DNA from: Dehalococcoidia bacterium
Lineage (GTDB): Bacteria > Chloroflexota > Dehalococcoidia > Dehalococcoidales > G020351185
Direction of reading: 5' to 3'
DNA: 37,422 nt
Assembly (NCBI GenBank): GCA_020351185.1
Contig: CP070729.1
Coordinates: 986,915-1,024,336, forward strand
Shown here: positions 1-8,880 of the stretch, in pieces
Numbering within the stretch: the first letter of the stretch is position 1
Layout: each line of letters starts with the position of its first letter
Made by a program: the position numbers and the translations under genes
Notes under the pieces: model-generated
What the model was told of the DNA's origin: nothing
Database searches by the model: none
What the model saw: only the letters and a program-made list of their open reading frames with translations

Positions 1-211
1 GTGTTATCTTGACCTCTATAAGAGCCCAAACATGTTCGTCACCGACTTTATTCCAATTTACCAGTGTCTTGTATTTGAGTATGGTTTGTGTTTCCTCAGC
101 CTGTTTTATGATTTTCTTTACCTCGCTCTCGGTGTTACCGATCATTGTGGCAAGTTGCTTCGGAGAGATGCGAGAATCGTCCTCTAGAATTTTGAGTATT
201 TCTTTTAGCAT
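1..211 (-). CDS. Lrp/AsnC-family transcriptional regulator, N-terminal part (gene continues beyond the window start)
   Basis: Not in the ORF track because there is no stop in the window. Minus-strand ATG at 211-209, with AAGGAG at 225-220. Translation is MLKEILKILEDDSRISPKQLATMIGNTESEVKKIIKQAEETQTILKYKTLVNWNKVGDEHVWALIEVKI: an AsnC-type HTH followed by the start of the effector domain. Confidence 0.75.
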   Translation of the reverse strand, partial: MLKEILKILEDDSRISPKQLATMIGNTESEVKKIIKQAEETQTILKYKTLVNWNKVGDEHVWALIEVKIT

Positions 212-502
212 TTTCCTACTCCTTGAACGATTTGGATACTAGCCATTCATTTTGTACCTCATTATAGCAGAGTTTAAGGTATTTGTTATCATTCGCTTTT
301 ACAAAAAACCACCTTTCCCCTGGCAATAGCCAACCTTATTCTATACGCCCAATACCGTATTTTTATTATAGCTAGGTGAAACAGATTAGTCTTTTAGAAT
401 AAGTAAAGCTAGAGTAGCGCCTGATGAAGGTAATCTATAACTCTGTTACTCCCTTTTTCAAAAACTGGAGGATGGGGTAGATTAATTACGTTATATCCCG
501 AG

Positions 503-1990
503 TTAATTCCTATCCTTTGTGTTTACGTTCCTATCTAAAGCTTTATGCTTATGCCAGTTAGTTACCTGTTGGTAAGCATGGGCGATTTTAAGAATGGTTT
601 CTTCGGCAAAAGGCTTGGCGATAATCTGTAAACCTATGGGTAAACCATCAACAAAACCGGCCGGGATGGAAATTGCCGGTAGACCAGCGATGTTTATTGG
701 TAGGGTACAGACATCGCTCATATACATCTGCAGAGGATTTTCAATTTTCTCGCCGATTTTAAAGGGAACAGTGGGAGATGTGGGGGTTAACATGGCGTCG
801 TATCTTTCAAACGCGCTGTCAAACTCGCGCCGAATGAGGGTTCGAACCTTCTGTGCCTTGAGATACCAAGCATCGTAATAACCCGCCGATAGAGCATAAG
901 TGCCCAGCATTATACGTCGCTTCACCTCGGAACCAAAACCATACTGGCGTGTTTTTTCCATCGCCTGCCACATATTGTCAGTATCTGTAAAGGAAAACCC
1001 GTATTTGACACCATCGTAGCGAGCTAAATTGGCTGAGGCTTCAGAAGGGGCAATTATATAGTAGACAGCTAGAGCGAAAGGAGTATGAGGTAGGGATACC
1101 TCCCAGTCTATTTCTGCCCCAAGATCATCAAGTGTAGCAATGGCGCTTTTTATGGCATTGGCTACTTCTGGCTGCATACCTTCGACGAAGTACTCTTTGG
1201 GGATACCAATCCGCAAACCCTTAATTTCACCGGTAAGACACTGCGTATAGTCGGGAACTGGTAAGGAAACGGAAGTGGAGTCCTTGTCATCAAAACCGGC
1301 GATGGCGTTGAGAACTAAAGCTGCATCAGTAACGTCTTGGGTCAATGGTCCAATCTGGTCTAGAGAACTAGCAAAGGCGATCAGCCCATAGCGGCTTACA
1401 CGGCCATATGTAGGTTTCAGGCCGGTGACACTGCAAAAGCTTGCTGGTTGACGGATGCTACCACCGGTATCAGAACCTAGCGCGTAAATAGCCTCACCGG
1501 CGGCCACTCCCGCGGCTGAACCGCCACTAGAACCACCGGGGACGCACTCGATATCCCAGGGATTGTGGGTGGTGAAGAAAGCTGAATTTTCGGTGGAAGA
1601 ACCCATGGCGAACTCGTCCATATTGGCTTTCCCAACGACGACTATACCGCATTTATTTAATCTTTCCATTACAGTGGCATCGTAAGGAGGGATGAAGTTC
1701 TGCAGCATCTTAGACGAACAGGTGGTGCGTATCCCCTTTGTACAGATAACATCCTTTATAAGCGATGGGATACCGTTAAGTGGACTATTGTCACCATTTG
1801 CTATTCTTTCGTCAGCGTATTTAGCCTGCCTGAGTGCCAGCTCATCTGTAACGGTCACAATAGCCTTTATTTTGGGCTCAACCTTCTTTATCTGTTCCAG
1901 AGTTGCCTTAGTCAATTCACAGGATGAGACCTGCCTGTTTTTAAGCAAACTGCTTGCCTCACGGATAGTTAATTGTTTGTCATCTATCAT
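503..1990 (-). CDS. gatA: Asp-tRNA(Asn)/Glu-tRNA(Gln) amidotransferase subunit A
   Basis: 495-aa ORF with the amidase signature [14 protein letters not shown] and a typical GatA N-terminus ([23 protein letters not shown]). TAA stop. Confidence 0.95.
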   Translation of the reverse strand: MIDDKQLTIREASSLLKNRQVSSCELTKATLEQIKKVEPKIKAIVTVTDELALRQAKYADERIANGDNSPLNGIPSLIKDVICTKGIRTTCSSKMLQNFIPPYDATVMERLNKCGIVVVGKANMDEFAMGSSTENSAFFTTHNPWDIECVPGGSSGGSAAGVAAGEAIYALGSDTGGSIRQPASFCSVTGLKPTYGRVSRYGLIAFASSLDQIGPLTQDVTDAALVLNAIAGFDDKDSTSVSLPVPDYTQCLTGEIKGLRIGIPKEYFVEGMQPEVANAIKSAIATLDDLGAEIDWEVSLPHTPFALAVYYIIAPSEASANLARYDGVKYGFSFTDTDNMWQAMEKTRQYGFGSEVKRRIMLGTYALSAGYYDAWYLKAQKVRTLIRREFDSAFERYDAMLTPTSPTVPFKIGEKIENPLQMYMSDVCTLPINIAGLPAISIPAGFVDGLPIGLQIIAKPFAEETILKIAHAYQQVTNWHKHKALDRNVNTKDRN

Positions 1991-1999
1991 AAATACTCC

Positions 2000-2704
2000 T
2001 TAGTCTGAAGTTCTTCCCACTGGCATTATATACAATGGCACTTCGTTTTCGGCCAGCGCCATTATATTTGACACTCCGTCGTCATTGAAGGCGCCGACGA
2101 CCACTGTTCCTAGGCCTAGAGAAAATGCCTGTAGATAGACGTTTTCTGCCGCATGTCCCGCTTCCATATGTACGTACCTAATTCCTCTCTCTCCGTATCT
2201 GGCTGTAGTCCGCTCGTATATAGCTGTAATGACGATATCCAGCGAAGCATCGGCGATAAATCGCTGGTTCAGAGCCGCTTTGGAAAGGGCTTCTCTATGT
2301 TGCCCACCAAGTATTTTAATAAGCTCATTCTGTTGTGGATTATATCTGTAGATGCCATCATTGATACCATAGACGTCACCCACTACAATGTAAATTTCAA
2401 GTGGGTATGTAGCACCAGCAGAGGGCGCAGCTCTATTACCATTGGTGTTTGTAATTCCCTGAGCTGACCATAGAAGCTGAGATACTTCCTGAAGGGTCAG
2501 AGGTTGGTTAATATAATTCCTTATAGACCTTCTATTGAATATAGCTTCTTCAACGGAGACATCACCGTCGTAGTTTGGTTCAGGTAGGGTTATATTCATA
2601 TTATCTTTTAGTGGTAATGTACCGCTGTCGGATGGACTGCATGCTGAGAAATAAAGTGCTAAACAGAACATCGACAATAAGGTGAATAATTTTTTATTAA
2701 GCAT
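2000..2704 (-). CDS. SagB-type dehydrogenase / nitroreductase-family protein with a probable lipoprotein signal peptide
   Basis: 234 aa. The N-terminus MLNKKLFTLLSMFCLALYFSAC is a hydrophobic signal ending in a lipobox-like FSAC. The body carries RRSIRNY, LSQLLWSAQGIT, RAAPSAGATYPLEIYIV and GIYRYNP motifs, typical of the SagB/ThcOx nitroreductase fold. Confidence 0.75.
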   Translation of the reverse strand: MLNKKLFTLLSMFCLALYFSACSPSDSGTLPLKDNMNITLPEPNYDGDVSVEEAIFNRRSIRNYINQPLTLQEVSQLLWSAQGITNTNGNRAAPSAGATYPLEIYIVVGDVYGINDGIYRYNPQQNELIKILGGQHREALSKAALNQRFIADASLDIVITAIYERTTARYGERGIRYVHMEAGHAAENVYLQAFSLGLGTVVVGAFNDDGVSNIMALAENEVPLYIMPVGRTSD

Positions 2705-3329
2705 CGTTATTCCCCTCCTCTTCTACACCGGATTCTTTCCAAACCTCCCATCCCTCACGGAATAGAAAGACTACAATTACCAATGCAACAATCGGATCTG
2801 CCTGCCAGAAACCATACAGATAGTTGGCACCCAGACCAATTAGCAGAGCTACTGAGATAAAAACACAAGCAAGGTTTTCCTAGGCATCAGCCATCAGGGC
2901 TCTGCTGTTTATCTTTTTACCTATATTATACTTCTGCCGTGTTAATATAGGCATTATAACAATTGACAGTAATGCAATGATTATTCCCGGTAGGGAAGGT
3001 TCTGGTATTTCTTCGGCTACCAGTTTCTCGATAGACTCATACAATAGGTAACAACCGAGTATAAAGAAGGTGACAGCAACCAGTTTCCTCGCCCTATTTT
3101 CTATCTTTTCTTCGGCTTCGACTGGTATCTTACCGTGTTGCCTGAGCCGCCAAATTAAAACCAACCCCGATAGAGATTCGACCACACTATCCAGGCCAAA
3201 ACCGATTAGCGCAACGCTGCTGGCAATACTGCCGAAAACAATTGAGGCTATTGCTTCGAAGATATTATAGACAACGGTGAAATACTCGAACAGAAGACCC
3301 TTTTTATACAATCTGTCGACATCGGCCAT
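2697..3329 (-). pseudogene. Cation-efflux (CDF-like) membrane protein interrupted by one in-frame TAG (2882-2880)
   Basis: The track ORF 2880-3329 (FGLDSVVESLSGLVLIWRLR, a CDF TM2-like motif) ends ...SRALMADA-TAG. The same frame then continues for 60 more codons, ENLACVFISVALLIGLGANYLYGFWQADPIVALVIVVFLFREGWEVWKESGVEEEGNNDA, to TAA at 2699-2697. That stop overlaps the ATG of the downstream gene by 8 nt. Confidence 0.6.
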
Positions 3330-3368
3330 TTTTATTCCGCGGTAAAGGTAACGGAAATCAAGTCTCTA

Positions 3369-3656
3369 TCATTCGAGCACAGCCTTCACCCTGAAGAATT
3401 CATTCTCTCTATTGGGTGCATTGATCAGTACTTCGTCCTGTGTTAATGACGGTTTTATTTTGTCCTCTTTTAAAATATTATTAAGGGGATTTGGCTGTGC
3501 GGTTGGTGGCACACCCTTGGTATCGACTTGTTGTAGAGCTACAAAGCTTTCTAGTATATGGGATAACTCTTCACTAAGTTTGTTGACTTCATCATCGTTT
3601 AAACCCAACTTGGCAAGGTGGGCAATGTGAAGAACCTCTTCTCGGCTTAATTCCAA
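3369..3656 (-). CDS. gatC: Asp-tRNA(Asn)/Glu-tRNA(Gln) amidotransferase subunit C
   Basis: 95 aa. LSREEVLHIAHLAKLGLNDDEVNKLSEELSHILESF...VDTKGVPPT is the canonical GatC pattern. Confidence 0.9.
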   Translation of the reverse strand: MELSREEVLHIAHLAKLGLNDDEVNKLSEELSHILESFVALQQVDTKGVPPTAQPNPLNNILKEDKIKPSLTQDEVLINAPNRENEFFRVKAVLE

Positions 3657-3748
3657 ATAATACTCCTTTAAACCTGTTGGTTAGCAATTATAACACCTGC
3701 TTTTAAATATCGGCAACACGAATATCCTGATATAATTAGATTTACAAT

Positions 3749-4147
3749 ATGGATAGTATTATGCGTGGTAGATTTATTCTAGCTGTATTCAGTACTATTA
3801 TTGAAGAAGTAGCGTTAGCCATTATCGTACTTGTCGGCTTACCCGAACTGGGAATAAATATCCCCGTCGCCGTTCTTATTGTATTAATGATAGCTTGGGC
3901 TGCAATTGCTATATTTAGCTACCGGGCAGGTAGCAGTGCATTAAAGAGACAACCACTAGTTGGTCTAGGTACCATGGTTGGTGTTCGTGGTACAGTAGTG
4001 AAACCATTAAAACCGGAAGGTTTAATAAAAGTCGGTGGTGAACTTTGGCGAGCAAAATCGACTGGTGTAGATATAGATAGTGGAGCTAAAATTGTTGTCA
4101 TTGGTCAGGATGGTAGAATATTGCTAGTGCGCCTGTCGATTGAATGA
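3749..4147 (+). CDS. NfeD-family membrane protein (short form, C-terminal OB-fold)
   Basis: 132 aa. Two N-terminal TM helices, then GVRGTVVKPLKPEGLIKVGGELWRAKS...GAKIVVIGQDGRILLV, typical of the NfeD C-terminal domain. Confidence 0.7.
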   Translation: MDSIMRGRFILAVFSTIIEEVALAIIVLVGLPELGINIPVAVLIVLMIAWAAIAIFSYRAGSSALKRQPLVGLGTMVGVRGTVVKPLKPEGLIKVGGELWRAKSTGVDIDSGAKIVVIGQDGRILLVRLSIE

Positions 4148-4228
4148 ATGCATAACTCAGTCATTGTTAGTCATAGTAAGAGGTGATATAATGCATATTC
4201 ACAAGGATTACATAACATTAGAGTTAAA

Positions 4229-4942
4229 ATGGAAATCATTCCTGCGATAGATATAAAAGATGGTAGGTGTGTTCGCCTATATCAGGGGGATTACACTTTG
4301 GAGACTGTATATTCAAATAACCCGGTGGAAATGGCCATAAGATGGCAATCATTGGGTGCTACTAGGCTACATATAATAGATCTAGATGGTGCCGATCTTG
4401 GTGTCTCCCGTAACCTAAGAACTATTACACAGATTAATGATGCAGTCTGGATTCCGTTACAAGTGGGCGGTGGCATCCGAACCATGGAAGCAATAGGTAA
4501 ATTGCTCAAAATGGGTATTGATCGCGTCATTCTGGGGACGGTCGCAATAGAAAATACAGAGCTTGTAAAAGAGGCATGTCGTCGCTTCGGTAATTCAATT
4601 ATTATTGGCATAGATACTAGAGAGGGCAGGGTAGCGACGCGCGGTTGGAAAACCGAAACGGAGATTACTGCTACTGAGCTTGCCATGTCTATGGCGAAGC
4701 TTGGTGCGAAACGCTTCATTTATACGGATATCAGCCGTGATGGTACGTTAACTGAACCTAATTTTTTAACCATATTTGAATTGATCGATTCAATAAGATA
4801 TCCAGTCATAGCCTCTGGTGGCGTCTCATCCATTGTGCATCTAAAACTACTGGATAGATTAGGAGTCGAAGGAGCTATCATAGGCAAGGCGCTTTATACA
4901 GGTGATATCAATCTAGATATAGCACTTAAAATGGTAGCTTAG
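4229..4942 (+). CDS. hisA: ProFAR isomerase (1-(5-phosphoribosyl)-5-[(5-phosphoribosylamino)methylideneamino]imidazole-4-carboxamide isomerase)
   Basis: 237 aa. IIPAIDIKDGRCVRLYQGDY, VGGGIR and ASGGVSS motifs. TAG stop. Confidence 0.92.
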   Translation: MEIIPAIDIKDGRCVRLYQGDYTLETVYSNNPVEMAIRWQSLGATRLHIIDLDGADLGVSRNLRTITQINDAVWIPLQVGGGIRTMEAIGKLLKMGIDRVILGTVAIENTELVKEACRRFGNSIIIGIDTREGRVATRGWKTETEITATELAMSMAKLGAKRFIYTDISRDGTLTEPNFLTIFELIDSIRYPVIASGGVSSIVHLKLLDRLGVEGAIIGKALYTGDINLDIALKMVA

Positions 4943-4956
4943 GTAGAAGGTATTAA

Positions 4957-5301
4957 TTGCAGAAAAAGTTAAAGTTTAATAACGAAGGACTTGTACCGAC
5001 TATTGTACAGGATGATAAGAGCGGCGAGGTGTTGATGTTAGGCTATATGAATAACGAGTCACTCGAGCTTACATTATCCAGCGGTGAGGTCTGGTTCTAT
5101 AGTAGAAGTCGTGGCGAATTGTGGAATAAGGGGGCTACCTCTGGTAATCGTCTCGTTGTTCGTGGGGTGTGGCTCGATTGTGATGCCGATACTGTTCTAA
5201 TAAAAGCGCATCCTCTGGGTCCAGTTTGTCATACTGGAGAAAGAACCTGTTTCTTTAATCGTTTAACCCAAGAAGATATCAGCGAGAAACCTCAACGGTA
5301 G
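4957..5301 (+). CDS. hisI: Phosphoribosyl-AMP cyclohydrolase (monofunctional)
   Basis: 114 aa with a TTG start after AGGTAGAAGG. LVPTIVQD...MLGYMN...FYSRSR..LW.KG.TSGN...DCD.D..L....P.GP.CHTG..TCF. TAG stop. Confidence 0.9.
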   Translation: MQKKLKFNNEGLVPTIVQDDKSGEVLMLGYMNNESLELTLSSGEVWFYSRSRGELWNKGATSGNRLVVRGVWLDCDADTVLIKAHPLGPVCHTGERTCFFNRLTQEDISEKPQR

Positions 5302-6181
5302 ACTGCTCTGAAGTTTGTTTATCGCCAGCCAACACCTCTTTCAGCGCAACGACAGCAACCTCAACTTGATCTTCCTCGGGCTCCCTAGTGGTCAGACTCT
5401 GTAACCACAGGCCTGGAGTCATTAACGTCCGGATAAGAATATTATCCATATGTCGTGCTCCGAATTGGGTTGCCTCATATCCCAGAGCAGCAATGACAGG
5501 AATAAGGAAAATCCGTGACAGCACCATGAGCCATACTGCTTGACGGCCAACGAGGGCGAAAACAACAATAGCTATAATCAGCACAGCAAGAAGAAAAGCG
5601 GTACCACAACGAGTATGCGCGGTGCTATAATCTTTAATGGCTCTGGCATGAAGTTCAACCCCGTCCTCATAGGCGTTTACTGTCTTATGCTCGGCACCAT
5701 GGTAACCAAAGGTACGCTTTATGTCTGGTAGGAGTGATATTAGCTTTAGGTATATAAGGAAGATAAACAGTCGTATTGCACCTTCTACAAGGTGAAAGAG
5801 AATTGATGATTCTATATAAGGATCAAGCATTTTTGCTAGGAAAAGGGGTGCTACGAAAAACAGACTGATAGCCAGCGCAAAAGAAAATGCCAAAATTAAC
5901 CAAGTTGATCTGCCAGATACGTCTTCGCCTTCCTCCTCAAGTGCTATGTTGGCGGAGTAGAATAGGCTATTTATGCCTAGAATGAGTGATTCAATTAAGA
6001 CAATAATGCCACGCGAGAATGGGATTTGTCTTAAACGACCTGTATAGATTTTGGATCGTGGCTTGCTATTAATAACTATTTCGCCATTCGGGCGGCGGAC
6101 AGCGGTAGCACTTGTTTTTTTGCCCAGCATCATCACTCCCTCCATAACCGCTTGCCCTCCGTAACGGAATTCTCTTGCCAT
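5279..6181 (-). CDS. DUF1385 (YqhQ-like) membrane protein
   Basis: 300 aa. YGGQAVMEGVMM at the N-terminus, GYHGAEHKTVNAYE, and several TM helices. Its 3' end overlaps hisI convergently by 23 nt. Confidence 0.8.
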   Translation of the reverse strand: MAREFRYGGQAVMEGVMMLGKKTSATAVRRPNGEIVINSKPRSKIYTGRLRQIPFSRGIIVLIESLILGINSLFYSANIALEEEGEDVSGRSTWLILAFSFALAISLFFVAPLFLAKMLDPYIESSILFHLVEGAIRLFIFLIYLKLISLLPDIKRTFGYHGAEHKTVNAYEDGVELHARAIKDYSTAHTRCGTAFLLAVLIIAIVVFALVGRQAVWLMVLSRIFLIPVIAALGYEATQFGARHMDNILIRTLMTPGLWLQSLTTREPEEDQVEVAVVALKEVLAGDKQTSEQSTVEVSR

Positions 6182-6193
6182 TTTTACTCCTCA

Positions 6194-6226
6194 ATAAAAA
6201 AAGAGCGGACATCTTATCGCCGCTCT
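6194..6226 (-). terminator. Rho-independent terminator after rpmE
   Basis: Minus strand reads AGAGCGG-CGATAAGATGT-CCGCTCT followed by TTTTTTTT. 7-bp GC-rich stem (6226-6220 with 6208-6202) and a T-run at 6201-6194. Confidence 0.7.
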
Positions 6227-6249
6227 CGCTGTTGTTATTGATGCCTCCT

Positions 6250-6456
6250 TTAGTCCTTCATCTTGTAGCGCTGTTTGAAGCGTTCGACACGCCCGGCGGT
6301 ATCCACCATGCGGTGTTCTCCGGTAAAAAAAGGATGACACTTGCTACACAGCTCTACTTTTAAGGTTTTTTTTGTAGAACCGACGATGAAGGTATTGCCG
6401 CATGAACAACTGACAGTGGCATCATGATAATATTTAGGATGAATCTTGGATTTCAT
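6250..6456 (-). CDS. rpmE: 50S ribosomal protein L31
   Basis: 68 aa. [10 protein letters not shown]...CSCGN...[10 protein letters not shown]. Confidence 0.95.
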   Translation of the reverse strand: MKSKIHPKYYHDATVSCSCGNTFIVGSTKKTLKVELCSKCHPFFTGEHRMVDTAGRVERFKQRYKMKD

Positions 6457-6461
6457 AATTG

Positions 6462-6716
6462 TTATTCGGCGTAAACGCTTACCTTCCTTTTGTTTTTTGT
6501 GGCCGGTTCATATTTGATAATGCCATCGATAAGGGAGAAAATAGTATGGTCTTTACCGACACCGACATTTTTACCCGGATATATACGGGTACCCCTCTGG
6601 CGAACTAGAATCGTGCCAGCATTAACTTTTTGACCGGCATACCTCTTTATTCCCAGCATCTTGGGCTTGCTGTCACGTCCCAGTCTGGTAGAGCCGCCAC
6701 CCTTCTTATGTGCCAC
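6462..6716 (-). CDS. rpmA: 50S ribosomal protein L27
   Basis: [15 protein letters not shown]... The track starts at GTG 6722. I prefer the second GTG at 6716, which gives the canonical (M)AHKKGGGS and lies 9 nt after GAGG (6729-6726). Overlaps the rplU 3' end. Confidence 0.9.
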   Translation of the reverse strand: MAHKKGGGSTRLGRDSKPKMLGIKRYAGQKVNAGTILVRQRGTRIYPGKNVGVGKDHTIFSLIDGIIKYEPATKNKRKVSVYAE

Positions 6717-7086
6717 TTTCACTTACCTCTTTTTTTCGCTTACGGGTTTTTCTGGGTTTTTCCGCTTTTTCACCTGGTTGGCTTATTGTGTCAATGGTAA
6801 GCTTGGTATGTAACTGGCGGTGTCCAGTTTTTTTGCGATAGCGTACCTTTGGTTTATATTTAAAGACGACTATCTTCTTATCTTTAATATCACCCTTGGC
6901 GGTAGCGGAAACGATAGCTCCATCTATTGTTGGATTTCCGATGGTCAGTTTTTCACCATTTGCAATCAATAGTACTTTATTAAGCTCTATAGTATCACCC
7001 TCGTTTACATCGAGACGCTCAACATCTATCGTCTGACCTGGGGCTACTTTATACTGCTTACCACCGCTTTCAATAATAGCGTAAAT
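6706..7086 (-). CDS. rplU: 50S ribosomal protein L21, apparent ATT start codon, Lys-rich C-terminal extension
   Basis: The track ORF (6706-6969) starts internally at a TTG. The same frame upstream encodes the conserved L21 N-terminus (I)[39 protein letters not shown]. An in-frame TAG sits at 7125-7123, and there is no ATG/GTG/TTG between it and YAIIE. ATT at 7086-7084 lies 6 nt after GGAGG (7097-7093). Confidence 0.85.
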   Translation of the reverse strand: MYAIIESGGKQYKVAPGQTIDVERLDVNEGDTIELNKVLLIANGEKLTIGNPTIDGAIVSATAKGDIKDKKIVVFKYKPKVRYRKKTGHRQLHTKLTIDTISQPGEKAEKPRKTRKRKKEVSESGT

Positions 7087-7130
7087 ATTAGACCTCCATC
7101 TGGGAACTATATATTCTATCAGCTACTTTT

Positions 7131-7727
7131 TTAGTGTGTCAAATTAATATTCTGCCATAGTTCTCCCACCTTCAACTTTAACTCGTCGAGGCTGTAATCA
7201 TTTTTAATAACTACATCTGCTTGTTTCACTCGCTCATCTTCGTTTAACTGGTAGCGGATGCGAGATATTGCTTCATCACGGGAGAGCCCTGTCTTCTGTA
7301 GGCGTTTGATAATACTAGCTTCATTGGCGATGACAACCCAGACGACATCAACCATCGATACCCAGTTGGTTTCAATGAGCAGAGGAGCATCAATTACAAC
7401 TACAGCTGCTCCCCTCTTTTTATATTGTAATAGCTTTTTCTTTACCAATCGATAGATTAGAGGATGCACTATGCAATTTAGACGGGATAATGCCTTGCCG
7501 TCGGCGAAGACTATTTTACCTAACTCCTTGCGGTTTACTGACCCGTCTGTATTGAGGATTTGCTGACCGAAAGAAGCCAAGATTCCTTTTACGGCTTCGC
7601 TATCTGTATTCAGAATTTCATGGCCTATTTTATCGGTGTCTATGACTTTAGCACCTAGCTTAGTTAGCAATCTAGCTATAGTGCTTTTACCACTACCGAT
7701 ACCCCCGGTTAGTCCGATAACTTTCAT
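7131..7727 (-). CDS. coaE: Dephospho-CoA kinase
   Basis: 198 aa. MKVIGLTGGIGSGKST P-loop and overall CoaE pattern. Confidence 0.9.
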   Translation of the reverse strand: MKVIGLTGGIGSGKSTIARLLTKLGAKVIDTDKIGHEILNTDSEAVKGILASFGQQILNTDGSVNRKELGKIVFADGKALSRLNCIVHPLIYRLVKKKLLQYKKRGAAVVVIDAPLLIETNWVSMVDVVWVVIANEASIIKRLQKTGLSRDEAISRIRYQLNEDERVKQADVVIKNDYSLDELKLKVGELWQNINLTH

Positions 7728-7823
7728 ATCACCAAATCCTAACCAGTCTAATCACTAGTAATCGGGTAGTCAAGGTTCCTATTAAATAATAAATGATGTA
7801 AACTGGATTGAAGTGTATACAGA

Positions 7824-8744
7824 GTGGAATTTATGGAAGGCATTTGGATAAGTATAGCCATACTAAGTGCTGCCAGCATAGCCCTGGTGAGTATCTTTGA
7901 CAGCCACCTCATCTCTAAAAGGATGCCCAGTACCAGATCTTATCTATTGATAGTCAGCCCCATCATTATGGTTTCCGCTATTATTATTGCTTTTCTTTTT
8001 CCACTGCCGACTAATGTGAGTTTTTGGCATTTGGTAGTAGCGGTGATTTCTGGATTACTACGAGCTGTATCTGTCATCATACTACTTTATACGCTACGAC
8101 GGGAAGAGGTGTCGCGGGCGGTACCAGTAGTCAGTATATACCCTGTTTTCGTAGCTATTATGGCAGTACCACTTCTAGGTGAAACGCTGAATTACTTACA
8201 AGGATTAGCAATAGCAATTGTCGTTTTCGGTGTGGCTATTATCTCAATAAAGAAACGAACTGGTAACTCAACAAACTGGCTGGGAAAAACCTTCTTTTTA
8301 CTATTGAGTTCAAGCCTGCTTCTGGCGTCGGCTGATGTAGGTAGTAAATACGCCCTTGAACATTTCTCATTCTGGAATATGTACTGGATAAGTATTTTAT
8401 GCATAGCTACTATGCTTCTGGTGATATCATTACGTAAGAGCGTAATAAAAGAACTTACTCAGATCGTAAGGCCACGCACTGCCCTTATGTTGGTGGTCGC
8501 AAATGAAATGCTGGTTGTTGCCAGTGCCATAATGATGTTTTGGGCAATGGAAAGAGGTCCGGTATCTCTTGTTTCCACTTTAACCAGTACCCGCCCATTG
8601 TTTGTGGTCATCTATGTCCTCATTCTGAGTCGTTTCCTACCAAACCTTCTATTTGAAGGTGACTTAGGTAGGGGTGTGATGCTCGTGAGACTTGTTGCCA
8701 CTGCTATGATAGCTGGCGGCATCGCAATAATTTATCTAGTTTAA
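7824..8744 (+). CDS. EamA/DMT-family transporter
   Basis: 306 aa, about 10 predicted TM helices, with the two-fold internal repeat typical of EamA. The start could be GTG 7824 or ATG 7833. Confidence 0.7.
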   Translation: MEFMEGIWISIAILSAASIALVSIFDSHLISKRMPSTRSYLLIVSPIIMVSAIIIAFLFPLPTNVSFWHLVVAVISGLLRAVSVIILLYTLRREEVSRAVPVVSIYPVFVAIMAVPLLGETLNYLQGLAIAIVVFGVAIISIKKRTGNSTNWLGKTFFLLLSSSLLLASADVGSKYALEHFSFWNMYWISILCIATMLLVISLRKSVIKELTQIVRPRTALMLVVANEMLVVASAIMMFWAMERGPVSLVSTLTSTRPLFVVIYVLILSRFLPNLLFEGDLGRGVMLVRLVATAMIAGGIAIIYLV

Positions 8745-8880
8745 TAGTTACCTTCAAACTAACCAGCTGTTTTTAAAAAACAAACTTCACAATCCATCAA
8801 CTCTCGAGAAAGTAAGCAAGCTTTGGTCGTGTCTATAATTAGTGGTTTCCGGGTGATATAATTAGTTAAAGGGTAGAGTT

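Noticed and set aside
9-242. 77-aa plus-strand ORF from the track
   Set aside because: Low-complexity, hydrophobic and Ser-rich, with no recognisable motif. The opposite strand encodes a clean Lrp/AsnC HTH with ATG and AAGGAG, so this is the antisense shadow.
2880-2882. Pyrrolysine decoding of the in-frame TAG in the CDF-like gene
   Set aside because: TAG is an ordinary stop here (hisA, hisI). No pyl genes or methylamine methyltransferase context are present in the window. A nonsense mutation or assembly error is simpler.
4229-5301. Isolated hisA-hisI pair (no hisF, hisH or hisE nearby) as something unusual
   Set aside because: Dispersed his genes and monofunctional HisI are common in many bacteria, and nothing in the sequence itself is anomalous.
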